Assembly (NCBI GenBank): GCA_044376115.1
Contig: JBILLK010000005.1
Location: 160,001-224,000, forward strand
Direction of reading: 5' to 3'
Source: Polyangiaceae bacterium
Lineage (GTDB): Bacteria > Myxococcota_A > Polyangia > Polyangiales > Polyangiaceae
DNA length: 64,000 nucleotides
The notes beneath the pieces were generated by a model, which made no database searches, had not been told where the DNA came from, and saw only the letters and a list, made by a program, of their open reading frames with translations. The position numbers were made by a program, and so were the translations under genes. Below are positions 29,561 through 38,083 of this stretch, piece after piece. Position 1 is the first letter of the stretch. Each line of letters opens with the position of its first letter.

Positions 29561-31459
29561 ATGGGACCAGGAACGCAACCGAGTAAACCGCAGCCGACCA
29601 AACCGCAGCCGGCCAAACCGCAGCCGACGAAGCCGCCTGTAGCGAAGCCGGCCCCCGCGCCACCGAAGACGCAACCTCAGAAGCAAGCGACGCAGGCGAA
29701 GTGTGATTGCCCCTTAGCAGTCGCCAAACCCTGCGACGTTGACACGTTGAACATTGAGTTTGAGCACTCGATCGACGACCCGGATGTGCCCCCGCCGAAG
29801 GGAACGACGGCTGGCTCTCTGCCGAAGAAGAAAGAGTTCGCGCAGGCGATCAACCGCCTGCGACACAACAAGGTGATGATCGGGAACGAGCCGGCTCGCG
29901 ATCCTGCGCTCGCTGCGTACGATCTCGTGATTGAGACCATCGCCGACTACAACGCCGCCGAAACGCCCAAATCCGCGAGCTTTGATGACCCGGGCGACAT
30001 CGTCACCCTGAAGTCGATTCACGCGGGGTTCAGTACGCCTGACTGTCCAAGAGACGAGCACGCGCTGCTGACTGTCACCGCCAAGACGAAAGCGCCCGAA
30101 CTCAAGCCCCTCGTGATTAGGAGGCAGGGCGTGAGCTCGATCAACTATGAGCAAGACCACCGATTGTTCGGTCCGACCTTCTTGTTTGACATGCACAAGA
30201 TGGGGAGCGGCGCCTTCGTTCTGTTTGAGTGGATCATCAGCCTGTTTGCGGCGTCCAAACCCAAGGAGATCGAGATCGTTGCGCAGGCCTGTGGAACCCG
30301 CGCAAAGGGTGCCACCAAGCCGATCAATCGAGACATCAAGGCGCTGCTGCGGATTCATCGTCGGGACAAATGGACGATCGGCGTCAAGGTTCCGCCGCTC
30401 GGTCAGTTCAAGCACGAGCATCGCCGCGAAGCCGATTGGAACAAGCCGAAGCAGGTCTTTACCAATCCAGGACAGACCGTGACATCGGGTGAGCGGCGCA
30501 TCGGGACCAGCGCTCGCGCCTACGAGACGACCGTCGACATTAACGTTGGTAATGGTCTCGCTGGCAACGCGTACGGCACGCTCATCGGTCGACGGGTGGA
30601 GCGGTACAGCGATCAAGATGGCCACGCGGTCAGGGCCACCCGCATCAACCGGACTGGAGACATACGGTTCAACTACAAGGCGGTAACCGAGCGTCTCGCG
30701 AAGCCTTCCGCTGGGTTTGAACTTGTCTTTGCACGCAACGACCGAGAGATTGGCAGCAAGGATCTCATCGAGGCGGTTCGCGAGCTAAAGGCCTGCGTGA
30801 CCAACCTAGCGTTGGCGATGGGGGCGGTGAAAGACCTCTTCAAGAAGGTTCCGCAGGCGGGCTTCAAGTTCGAGTTCAACCTCAACGTGCTCTGCGGCTA
30901 CGCAGTGGTCGAGTGGGGGCCCAAGAACGCCGCCTGCATCGATAAGCGATACTGGCCCGTCTACACCCAGTTCAAGCTCAAGCTGGCGATGGAAATCGTC
31001 AACATGCGGTTGGCGCTCAGCTTCGGCGTTGATGTTACTTGTGGCGGCGAGCGTTGGAAGACCGGCATCGTCGTGAAGATCGAGGGCAGCCTTGCCTTCA
31101 AGATCGCCATTGATAAGGAGATCCGTGCTTTTCAAGGCCCCTGCCCACCAAAGCTCAAATCCAAGGGCCCACCCAAGTTTGGCGTCGCGGGAGATTGCCA
31201 AGGCGAGCTCACCCCGTACGCAAGTGCTTATCTGGCCGGCTATACCGTCACGGATGCGAGAGCGGCGTTGACCTCCGGGCTCGAGTTCAAGGGCGAGTTC
31301 GTCTATGACCTGCCCAACAAGAACATCGGCCTCAAGGGAGAACTGAAGTCGAAGTCGTTGGTCTTGACTGCGTCGTTCAAGGCTCCTGGCTGGAGTACTC
31401 CAAGGGCCATCGACCCGGTCGAGATCTTGAAGGCAACTTCGATCCATACGTTCAAGTAG
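29561..31459 (+). CDS. hypothetical protein (candidate secreted effector) with Pro/Lys/Gln N-terminal repeats and a beta-rich C-terminus
   Basis: 633-codon ORF with coding-like codon bias; operonic spacing with both neighbours. Confidence 0.7.
   Translation: MGPGTQPSKPQPTKPQPAKPQPTKPPVAKPAPAPPKTQPQKQATQAKCDCPLAVAKPCDVDTLNIEFEHSIDDPDVPPPKGTTAGSLPKKKEFAQAINRLRHNKVMIGNEPARDPALAAYDLVIETIADYNAAETPKSASFDDPGDIVTLKSIHAGFSTPDCPRDEHALLTVTAKTKAPELKPLVIRRQGVSSINYEQDHRLFGPTFLFDMHKMGSGAFVLFEWIISLFAASKPKEIEIVAQACGTRAKGATKPINRDIKALLRIHRRDKWTIGVKVPPLGQFKHEHRREADWNKPKQVFTNPGQTVTSGERRIGTSARAYETTVDINVGNGLAGNAYGTLIGRRVERYSDQDGHAVRATRINRTGDIRFNYKAVTERLAKPSAGFELVFARNDREIGSKDLIEAVRELKACVTNLALAMGAVKDLFKKVPQAGFKFEFNLNVLCGYAVVEWGPKNAACIDKRYWPVYTQFKLKLAMEIVNMRLALSFGVDVTCGGERWKTGIVVKIEGSLAFKIAIDKEIRAFQGPCPPKLKSKGPPKFGVAGDCQGELTPYASAYLAGYTVTDARAALTSGLEFKGEFVYDLPNKNIGLKGELKSKSLVLTASFKAPGWSTPRAIDPVEILKATSIHTFK
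29585..29637 (+). repeat. 15-bp tandem repeat (AAACCGCAGCCGRCS), about 3.5 copies, encoding KPQP[T/A]
   Basis: Read directly from the sequence. Confidence 0.9.
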
Positions 31460-31460
31460 A

Positions 31461-32279
31461 ATGAGCGAGCCTGATTCGGTCATCATGTCGCAGCTTGAGA
31501 TCAAGGGCTGCGCCGCGGTTCTCTATCTCAACGGCGTCCCAATTACGCGGCTGACGCCTGAGACGGTCGCGGGCGAGAACTGCGCCGTGCAGCAGTGGCT
31601 CACGCGAGGTGAAAACAAGCTTGAACTGCTGGTCGAACCAGGGCCGACCCCAAGCTTGGCGCGCGCTCCCTCGTTCGAACTCGATCGCAAAGAGATGCGG
31701 GCCGTTGCGCGCCTGCTCAAGTTCAAAGAGGGAGACGACGGGACCGCGCAGAGCGGGACGCTGCTGACAGAGGTCCGCTTTGAGTGGGACGCGGAGAAGC
31801 CCGACAAGCTGACGTTCCCCTTATCCGTCTTCACGAGCACGCAGCTCGGTTCGAGCTTTGGTCCTTGGGCATGGCAGAGCTACCCCGACCTTGTCCTTGA
31901 TCAAGCGCTGCTCGAAGAGGCCCGCGCGATCTTGCTCGAGCTCGACGCCGCTGTGCGAGGCAATCACGCGGATCGGATCTGGCAGCTGACCGAGCTCCAG
32001 ATGCTCGATACGGCGCGCGCCTATCCAGCCTTGTCGGAGGCGTATTTACGCGCCGACATCACCGATATGTTGCAGGTATTCGGTGCTGACGGAGATCCAA
32101 CCATGCCGCGCGACCCCGAAAGCCAAGACTTCCGATTGGTGGCTGGCGGCAAGTTGCTCGAGCTTTGCGACAAGGACTTTCGACCCAGCTTCCGCCTTCG
32201 CGATCGCCGTCGGGGCCAAGTCGTTCCATTCCCGACCTTTCTTGCCAGAGTCGGGAAGGAACTACGCATCGTTCGTTGA
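31461..32279 (+). CDS. hypothetical protein (candidate immunity protein)
   Basis: Starts 1 nt after the upstream stop; LYLNGVPI...VQQWLTRGENKLELLV N-terminal beta-sandwich-like motif. Confidence 0.65.
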   Translation: MSEPDSVIMSQLEIKGCAAVLYLNGVPITRLTPETVAGENCAVQQWLTRGENKLELLVEPGPTPSLARAPSFELDRKEMRAVARLLKFKEGDDGTAQSGTLLTEVRFEWDAEKPDKLTFPLSVFTSTQLGSSFGPWAWQSYPDLVLDQALLEEARAILLELDAAVRGNHADRIWQLTELQMLDTARAYPALSEAYLRADITDMLQVFGADGDPTMPRDPESQDFRLVAGGKLLELCDKDFRPSFRLRDRRRGQVVPFPTFLARVGKELRIVR

Positions 32280-32281
32280 AG

Positions 32282-33553
32282 CTAGGGGCTGGTGGCTTCG
32301 GAGTTGTCGCTGCTTGCAGCGGGCAGGGGCTCTTCAACGATGTCAAAGGCACCGAAGTCATAGGGTTCGTTGGGGGCGAGCGTCTTCTGCTTCAGCACCT
32401 CGCGGATCCCACGTTTCTCGAGCGTCTTGACGCGGTGGTAGCAGAAGGGGTTGTTGCCGCGTCGGCCCGTTGTGCAATGGGCCGTCCATGAGCAGCCAGC
32501 CCTGCATTCGTCGGCGTAGTAGCAGGTTTTGCAAAAGCCCCAGAGCTCGTCGGTGGTGCGGTCTCGCGTGAAACCGATCTCTGGCGAAGTCTCCCAGAGC
32601 TCCTTCAACGACTTGTCGCGCACGTTGCCGCCCGTATACGGCGCAGTTGGCAGCGAGGGGCAGCCCTTGACCTTGCCATCGGATTCGATCCCGACCACGT
32701 ATTGGCCCGCCTTGCAGCCTTGCCAAAAGGACTCACGGCCACCCGGCCTTGAGCGGAGCGTGGTCTCGTGGGGGCCGTAGTAACCAATGTTGTTGCCGAC
32801 GAAGATGTTGAACGGCTCGCCTTTGCCATCGTACCGCTTTAGCCCCTCCATCTGGATCGCCGCGAGCGTGTCGATCACCTCGACCATCATGTAGGGCTCG
32901 AGAATCCACTCGGGGCGGTCGGCTGCGCGACCCATCGGCACGGTGATGGCCACCTGCCACGCAATCACGTTGCGCTTCCAAAGGCCCTCCACCAACTCCC
33001 ACAGGTGCTTGTAATTGAGCTGATTGATCTGCGCGTTGGACGTGACGATCATCCCCGCATCGCGCGCATTCTCCAGCGCCTTCATGGCTGCGGCGTGGCT
33101 TCCGAGGTTGCCTCGCAGTTTGTCGTGGATGCGTGGTGGCCCGTCCACCGATACGCCGACCCCGTACAGACCAGCCTTCTTGAGCTCGCGAGCGCGCTCC
33201 GCGTGCAGCGCCCGCCCGCCGGTTTGCATGCTGACGCGCAGCCCCTTGCCAGTAAGGAACTCAACGATCTTGTAGATGTCTTTGCGGAGGTACGCCTCGC
33301 CACCAATCAGCGCCACCTCACGACAACCGAGGTCAACCAAACCTTGAGCGACCTCAAGGATCTCCTCGTGGGAGAGTTCGTGGTCGCGAGCTGCGCCCGC
33401 ACGCGAGCCGCAGTGCTCACAAGGTTGGTCGCATTTCATCGTGAGCTCCCACACCGCGTAATACGGGTGGTGTCCCGTCTCTCCTGCGCGTGGAACTCGA
33501 GGAGGCGGAGCGGCCTTGCGAATCTGTACGAGACTCTCGCCGTTGGTCGTCAT
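32282..33553 (-). CDS. radical SAM/SPASM peptide maturase, splicease (PlpX / TIGR03913 / TIGR04103)-like
   Basis: YAVWELTMKCDQPCEHCGSRAG (CxxxCxxC), IGGEAYLR, VSVDG, SPASM CKAG...IESDGKVKGCPSL...GFCKTCYYADECRAGCSWTAH...GNNPFCYHR. Confidence 0.88.
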   Translation of the reverse strand: MTTNGESLVQIRKAAPPPRVPRAGETGHHPYYAVWELTMKCDQPCEHCGSRAGAARDHELSHEEILEVAQGLVDLGCREVALIGGEAYLRKDIYKIVEFLTGKGLRVSMQTGGRALHAERARELKKAGLYGVGVSVDGPPRIHDKLRGNLGSHAAAMKALENARDAGMIVTSNAQINQLNYKHLWELVEGLWKRNVIAWQVAITVPMGRAADRPEWILEPYMMVEVIDTLAAIQMEGLKRYDGKGEPFNIFVGNNIGYYGPHETTLRSRPGGRESFWQGCKAGQYVVGIESDGKVKGCPSLPTAPYTGGNVRDKSLKELWETSPEIGFTRDRTTDELWGFCKTCYYADECRAGCSWTAHCTTGRRGNNPFCYHRVKTLEKRGIREVLKQKTLAPNEPYDFGAFDIVEEPLPAASSDNSEATSP

Positions 33554-33582
33554 GGCGCAAGGGTACCTAACGCTGCGGCATG

Positions 33583-33610
33583 TTGACAGGGTGCTCAGCC
33601 AGAATAAAAT
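33583..33610 (+). promoter_or_regulatory. sigma70-type promoter TTGACA-N16-TAAAAT, probably giving a leaderless mRNA
   Basis: Near-consensus hexamers; the -10 box ends 6 nt before ATG 33617; no SD sequence. Confidence 0.7.
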
Positions 33611-33616
33611 CGCGCC

Positions 33617-33985
33617 ATGCCCCCCTTCGTCTCTTGTTCCTCTTGCGGTTGTGTCGTGAAGCTCGTCGAAGATGCCTGCCCGCACTGCGGCACCAAGCTT
33701 CGTAATGCGGAAGGCCGCATTCCGCGGACAGCCGCGGCCATCCTGCTCGGTCTTGCCGCAAGCGCGGCGGCCTGCGGAGACAGCGGTTCCTCGACGTCGA
33801 GCGGAGGGTCTGATTCTGGTGGCGGTGGAACCACTGCGGACGGCGGTGGTGGCGCTACTTCGGATGGCGGCGGTGGTGCAGCTCCGGAGTATGGTGTCCC
33901 CGCAACTGGCGGCGCAGGCGGAGACGGTGGCACGGCTGGGTTTGCTGCGGACTACGGTGTCCCCGGAACCGGCGGCGCTAACTGA
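33617..33985 (+). CDS. Zn-ribbon / lipoprotein-signal / Gly-rich protein with two YGVP motifs; putative splicease substrate
   Basis: CSSC-x10-CPHC, hydrophobic AAAILLGLAASAAA-C53, Gly/Ser/Thr linker, PEYGVP and ADYGVP. Confidence 0.8.
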   Translation: MPPFVSCSSCGCVVKLVEDACPHCGTKLRNAEGRIPRTAAAILLGLAASAAACGDSGSSTSSGGSDSGGGGTTADGGGGATSDGGGGAAPEYGVPATGGAGGDGGTAGFAADYGVPGTGGAN

Positions 33986-34082
33986 GCTTCTCGCTCTAAC
34001 TTTCGTTTCGCACTGGCGGTGAACTCGGAGGTTCGCCCTGGTGAACTTGGCCGCGCTGCACGGGCTTCTCTAGCCTAGCTGC

Positions 34083-35645
34083 ATGCGCGGTTTGCGCTTT
34101 GTCACCTTCCTTCTTGCCACCGTGTCCGCAGCCTGCGCGCCTTCCGCCGAAGAGCCGCAGCGGCTGCCGCTGGCGCGTGCCTTCTGCATGGAGTTCGGCT
34201 GGTCACGGCTTGGAATGGCGAAGGTCGAGGAGTCGGCCCCTGGCCCGACGTCGACAAAGCGGGTGTACGCCAAAGCGCGGTTTGTCTGGATTCGCAAACG
34301 GCCGACCGCCGAGTCGGAATGGATTGGGTACATAACGCTCGGGCAATCGCTGGCCCTAAGAGCGAACGTCGAGCCGCCAGCAACCTTCGCTCTCACCACC
34401 GCTGAGGGCACTCTCGGGATCGCGGGACCAGGCGCCGTATGCCAATTCTGGGTGCCGGTTGAGCCGAGTGGCTGGGTTTGTACCGGTCGCGATGCGACGT
34501 TGAACGCTGCAGATCCCGTGGTGGTTGACCTTGAGCAGACTGCGCCCGACATCAATTCGCCGTGGCCGTTCGACTATGCACGATCGCTCGAGGCACCGCG
34601 TTACCGCGGCCTGCCTAGTATGCGTGAGCAGAAAGCGACCGAAGGCAACGTTGAGACTCTGCGCGCTCGGATCGACTCGGCGAGAGCGGCGAAGACGCGG
34701 GAGGAGATCGCCACCATCGATAGACGTCTGACAGATGCTTCGCTCGATGTCGCGACGGAGCCTGCTCCGGACCTGTTTCTTCCGCCGTACACCATCCTCG
34801 AATCCGATACGCCGCTCAAACTCGGCTCCACGATCGCATTCACCCGGACCTTCAATCACGACCAACGCTCTTGGCTACTGTCTTGGGATCGTGCGGTGAT
34901 CCCAATGGTGAGAACGCATCTCTATCCGCGATCGGCATTTCATGGCGTGCGCTTGGAAGACGGCCTGCGTCTGCCGCTCGCCTTCAGCAAGAAGCAGGAG
35001 GCCAAACGCTACGACCGTGACGCGGAAGGACGCTTCATCGCTCAAGACCGAGCCTTCGAGCCGCAAGGTCTGATTCAGTTGGTGGCGGGTGCAACCGGTG
35101 AGGACTACCTCGAGACGGCCGAGCCGAACGTTTGGGTTCGTCGTGCGGATGTTGTCGTCGTCGAGCCGAAGGCCGAGCTACCCAAACGGCTACCCCAGAC
35201 CGGCCGACGTACCTGGGTGGAGGTCAGCACCGTCGGCGGCTGGCTGGTGGCGTTTGAGGGCGACAAGCCGGTCTACGCCACGATGATCTCCGCCGGTCGT
35301 GGGGAGACCCTCGCGGACGGTACGATGCGTGATAGCTCGTCGACTCCCGTTGGTACCTACTCGATCGCGTCGAAGTTCCGAACGGCCACCATGCGCTCTG
35401 AGCGGCGCCCGGATATCGTGCATGCCGAGGTGATGTACACGCAGGTCTTCTTCGAGGACTACGCACTCCATGGGGCGCCTTGGCACGACGAGTGGGGAGA
35501 TCGCAAAAGTGCTGGCTGCGTCAACTTGGCCCCGATCGACGCTAAGTGGGTGTTCGACTGGTCCGAGCCTGAATTGCCCCACGACTGGCATGCCAAGCGG
35601 TCGCTTGCGGGTGATGCAACGACCGTCGTCGTCATCCACAACTGA
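34083..35645 (+). CDS. L,D-transpeptidase (YkuD domain) lipoprotein
   Basis: Lipobox VSAAC; LVAFEGDKPVYATMISAG, TPVGTYSI, YALHGAPWH...SAGCVNL. Confidence 0.88.
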   Translation: MRGLRFVTFLLATVSAACAPSAEEPQRLPLARAFCMEFGWSRLGMAKVEESAPGPTSTKRVYAKARFVWIRKRPTAESEWIGYITLGQSLALRANVEPPATFALTTAEGTLGIAGPGAVCQFWVPVEPSGWVCTGRDATLNAADPVVVDLEQTAPDINSPWPFDYARSLEAPRYRGLPSMREQKATEGNVETLRARIDSARAAKTREEIATIDRRLTDASLDVATEPAPDLFLPPYTILESDTPLKLGSTIAFTRTFNHDQRSWLLSWDRAVIPMVRTHLYPRSAFHGVRLEDGLRLPLAFSKKQEAKRYDRDAEGRFIAQDRAFEPQGLIQLVAGATGEDYLETAEPNVWVRRADVVVVEPKAELPKRLPQTGRRTWVEVSTVGGWLVAFEGDKPVYATMISAGRGETLADGTMRDSSSTPVGTYSIASKFRTATMRSERRPDIVHAEVMYTQVFFEDYALHGAPWHDEWGDRKSAGCVNLAPIDAKWVFDWSEPELPHDWHAKRSLAGDATTVVVIHN

Positions 35646-35798
35646 ATCGCCCTCGCGACGCTGACCTGCAATCGACTCATGGACAAGAAGGGTGGATCTT
35701 TCTTGTCACAGCTGATCCTTCCGTTCCTCAGAACTCGCCGATTTTCCGCAGTTTTTGTTGGCCCGAAGTCTGCTATGTCGAGGTCAGGAGGCTTGAAC

Positions 35799-36323
35799 AT
35801 GATCCGTATGAACTCGATGGTTGCGCTGGTTGTTGTTGGTTTGGTTGGCGCATTCGGTTGTGGTGATAGTGGCAGCAGCAGCGGCGGCAACGGCGGGAGC
35901 AACAGCGGTGGAGACGGCGGTGGTGGAAGCAGCCCCACTTCGAGTTCGGGCTCGGCAGGTTCAACCGGCACAGCGGGCGGCGACGTTTGTGGTCCCGCAG
36001 GCATCGACATGAACGATGCTTGTGAAGTCTGCGCTGGCACCAAGTGCACCGAGTCGGCGTTGGCCTGCTGTGAGAAGCCTGGCTGTCTCGACATCGTTCG
36101 CTGCGTCCAAGACACCGAGTGCGATCCTGACATGCAGGCAGGTCCCCCCGGTTGCTACAACCTCGGAGATCCGGCCAATCCCGGCCTCTGCCAGGACGAG
36201 ATCGATACTGCAGGCGTGGTCGTGGCCTTGGGTGAAGCGAGCACCTTTGGCGATTGCGTGATCGCCAACTGCTCCGCGGAGTGCGGGATCATGGCTGCTG
36301 GCGGCGCCGGCGGCGGAATGTGA
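35799..36323 (+). CDS. Cys-rich lipoprotein
   Basis: AGGAGG RBS; lipobox AFGC; Gly/Ser linker; paired Cys (CEVC..KC..ACC..GC..RC). Confidence 0.75.
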   Translation: MIRMNSMVALVVVGLVGAFGCGDSGSSSGGNGGSNSGGDGGGGSSPTSSSGSAGSTGTAGGDVCGPAGIDMNDACEVCAGTKCTESALACCEKPGCLDIVRCVQDTECDPDMQAGPPGCYNLGDPANPGLCQDEIDTAGVVVALGEASTFGDCVIANCSAECGIMAAGGAGGGM

Positions 36324-36336
36324 TTGGTGTTTGGGA

Positions 36337-36801
36337 TCAGCGGCGACGTTTCGCTATCAGCTTCTCGTAAGAGACGACGACAGCACGGAACGTCGCTGGG
36401 TCCCCACCGCGATCGGGATGTGACTCAAGAGCCTTCCGCCGATACGCCGCTTTGAGTTCGGCGTGAGTCGCACCTGGCTCCAGGCCGAGAACCGACCAAG
36501 CCGAAGTGGGCGTGGTGGCGTTGTCGGCCTTCTGTTTTGGCTTCGGCATGGGCGGTGGAGACTCTCCGCGCAACATGCGATTCCAAGCATGCGCCCAGTA
36601 GGGTTCGATCGGTTGAAGTTGGCGGCCCGTCGCGCGCTGTGCGTCGCGGAACGCCTCTTCTTCGCTCGTAGCACCGCCATTGGACGCATCCGGCTTTCGG
36701 AACGGGGAGAAGTCTGGCGGGTGGGTCCACCAAGCTGCCCAAAAGTAGCGTCCCCTTTGTGTGCGGGTGACCGAGCAAACAGCGATGGCCAACGACGTCA
36801 T
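36337..36801 (-). CDS. J-domain (DnaJ-like) protein
   Basis: C-terminal AWSVLGL...LKAAYRRKALESHPDRGGD; Trp-rich N-terminal domain. Confidence 0.88.
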   Translation of the reverse strand: MTSLAIAVCSVTRTQRGRYFWAAWWTHPPDFSPFRKPDASNGGATSEEEAFRDAQRATGRQLQPIEPYWAHAWNRMLRGESPPPMPKPKQKADNATTPTSAWSVLGLEPGATHAELKAAYRRKALESHPDRGGDPATFRAVVVSYEKLIAKRRR

Positions 36802-36814
36802 CGCAACGACGCTG

Positions 36815-37852
36815 TCAGTCCTTCCACTTCTCGCCTCGCTTGATCTGCCGAGGTGCGCGAGGATCAGTGGGCTTTCCGTCGGTCTCCGCGCAACAGCGGA
36901 AGCTCAAGTAGTAGTAAGAGAAGCCTTCATTGTGCGTGTAGATCTTCGGCCGACATTGATTGCGAACACCGTCAACCCAAGGGCCGCCGGTTGTCACGTT
37001 GTCGAACTTGTCAGCGGCACGGAGGGTTTCAATCTTACCGCCCGTCATCTTCATCGAGCCGTACTGCACCTTGTTGCCTTCGCTTGCCGCCAGCTCGTCC
37101 GCATTGCCCGGCATGTCGAACACGCCGTAGTCGCTGACGCAGTCCGGCTGCGACCCGCTTGGTACGCCGTCCCAGAGTCGCTTGATCTCGGCTGCGGCTT
37201 TCTCTTCGTTCTTGCTGTGTGTGAGCAGCAGGCCGTTCTCTTGTTTCGACGGAAACTTGTAGGGTTTATCGCCGTTGCACTTGGATGGATCGCGCTTGTA
37301 GCCGTACGGGTAGGGTTTGTACTCGGGCCCTTCGCACGCCATCGTCCACTCGGTCTCGGTGCAAACTCGCTTGCCCAGCGCCGCGCATTTTTTTTGTGCG
37401 TGCGGGAAGTCGTTCATCACCTCCGGGTTCTGGCCCTTCTTGTTTGGGAACTCGTAACGGTCGATGCAGTAGCGCTTTTTGACCTTGTTACCGATGCACT
37501 TGGTTGGTTGGACGAACTCGTGGCAGATCGTCTTTTTGTTGGCTTTGGCGTAGTGGCTCGACTTGCACTTGACCTCGAGGTTCGTGCAGTAGTCCCCGTC
37601 GATCAGCACCATATCTTCCGGGCAGGCGGTCGGGGGCACCGGCTCGGGCAGCGAGGCCGTTGCGCTTGCGACGGGTGGCTGCGCGGACTCTGTGGCTGAT
37701 GCCGACACGGACGCCGCGACCGGGACGACAGACGGTGCAGGCGGCGTTGGCACGCTGGGCGGTGGCGTCTGTGAACTCGCAGGGTCGGAGGCACCGCATG
37801 AGAGCCCACTGAGGGAGAGCAGGGCGAGACCAGCTAGCTTCACGCGAAACAT
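36815..37852 (-). CDS. FGE-sulfatase (SUMF1-like) domain lipoprotein
   Basis: Lipobox LSC; CPEDMVLIDG, IDRYEFPN, KRVCTETEWTMACEG, DMPGNADE, SFRCC. Confidence 0.85.
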   Translation of the reverse strand: MFRVKLAGLALLSLSGLSCGASDPASSQTPPPSVPTPPAPSVVPVAASVSASATESAQPPVASATASLPEPVPPTACPEDMVLIDGDYCTNLEVKCKSSHYAKANKKTICHEFVQPTKCIGNKVKKRYCIDRYEFPNKKGQNPEVMNDFPHAQKKCAALGKRVCTETEWTMACEGPEYKPYPYGYKRDPSKCNGDKPYKFPSKQENGLLLTHSKNEEKAAAEIKRLWDGVPSGSQPDCVSDYGVFDMPGNADELAASEGNKVQYGSMKMTGGKIETLRAADKFDNVTTGGPWVDGVRNQCRPKIYTHNEGFSYYYLSFRCCAETDGKPTDPRAPRQIKRGEKWKD

Positions 37853-37935
37853 GGTTGCTCCTACGTTGCCGAGGCATCGCCCGCAAGCATCGATCGTTGC
37901 GGTCTTTCGCTACCCGGCCAAGGAGACTGCTCTAG

Positions 37936-38018
37936 TACCGAAGGTGGGAGTCGAACCCACAAGCCCGTAAGGACGGCGGATTTTGAATCCGCTGCGTTTG
38001 CCATTCCGCCACTTCGGC
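37936..38018 (-). tRNA. tRNA-Leu(CAA), CCA not encoded
   Basis: GCCGAAG/CTTCGGT acceptor stem, D-loop GGAATGGCAAAC, GCGGA-TTCAAAA-TCCGC anticodon arm, long variable arm, GGTTCGACTC T-loop. Confidence 0.96.
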
Positions 38019-38083
38019 ATGCTCCCCTGCGAGGAGTCAAACCGGGATGTACTTTCCTCCGACTGGATGGTCAAGTCCGCCCG

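Noticed and set aside
35500..35530. SAGC instead of SHGC in the L,D-transpeptidase as a sign of inactivity
   Set aside because: The catalytic His (ALHG) and Cys are both present, and this position varies in YkuD enzymes
37936..38083. tRNA-Leu as an island integration site
   Set aside because: No integrase or duplicated tRNA 3' end was noticed; the flanking genes look native
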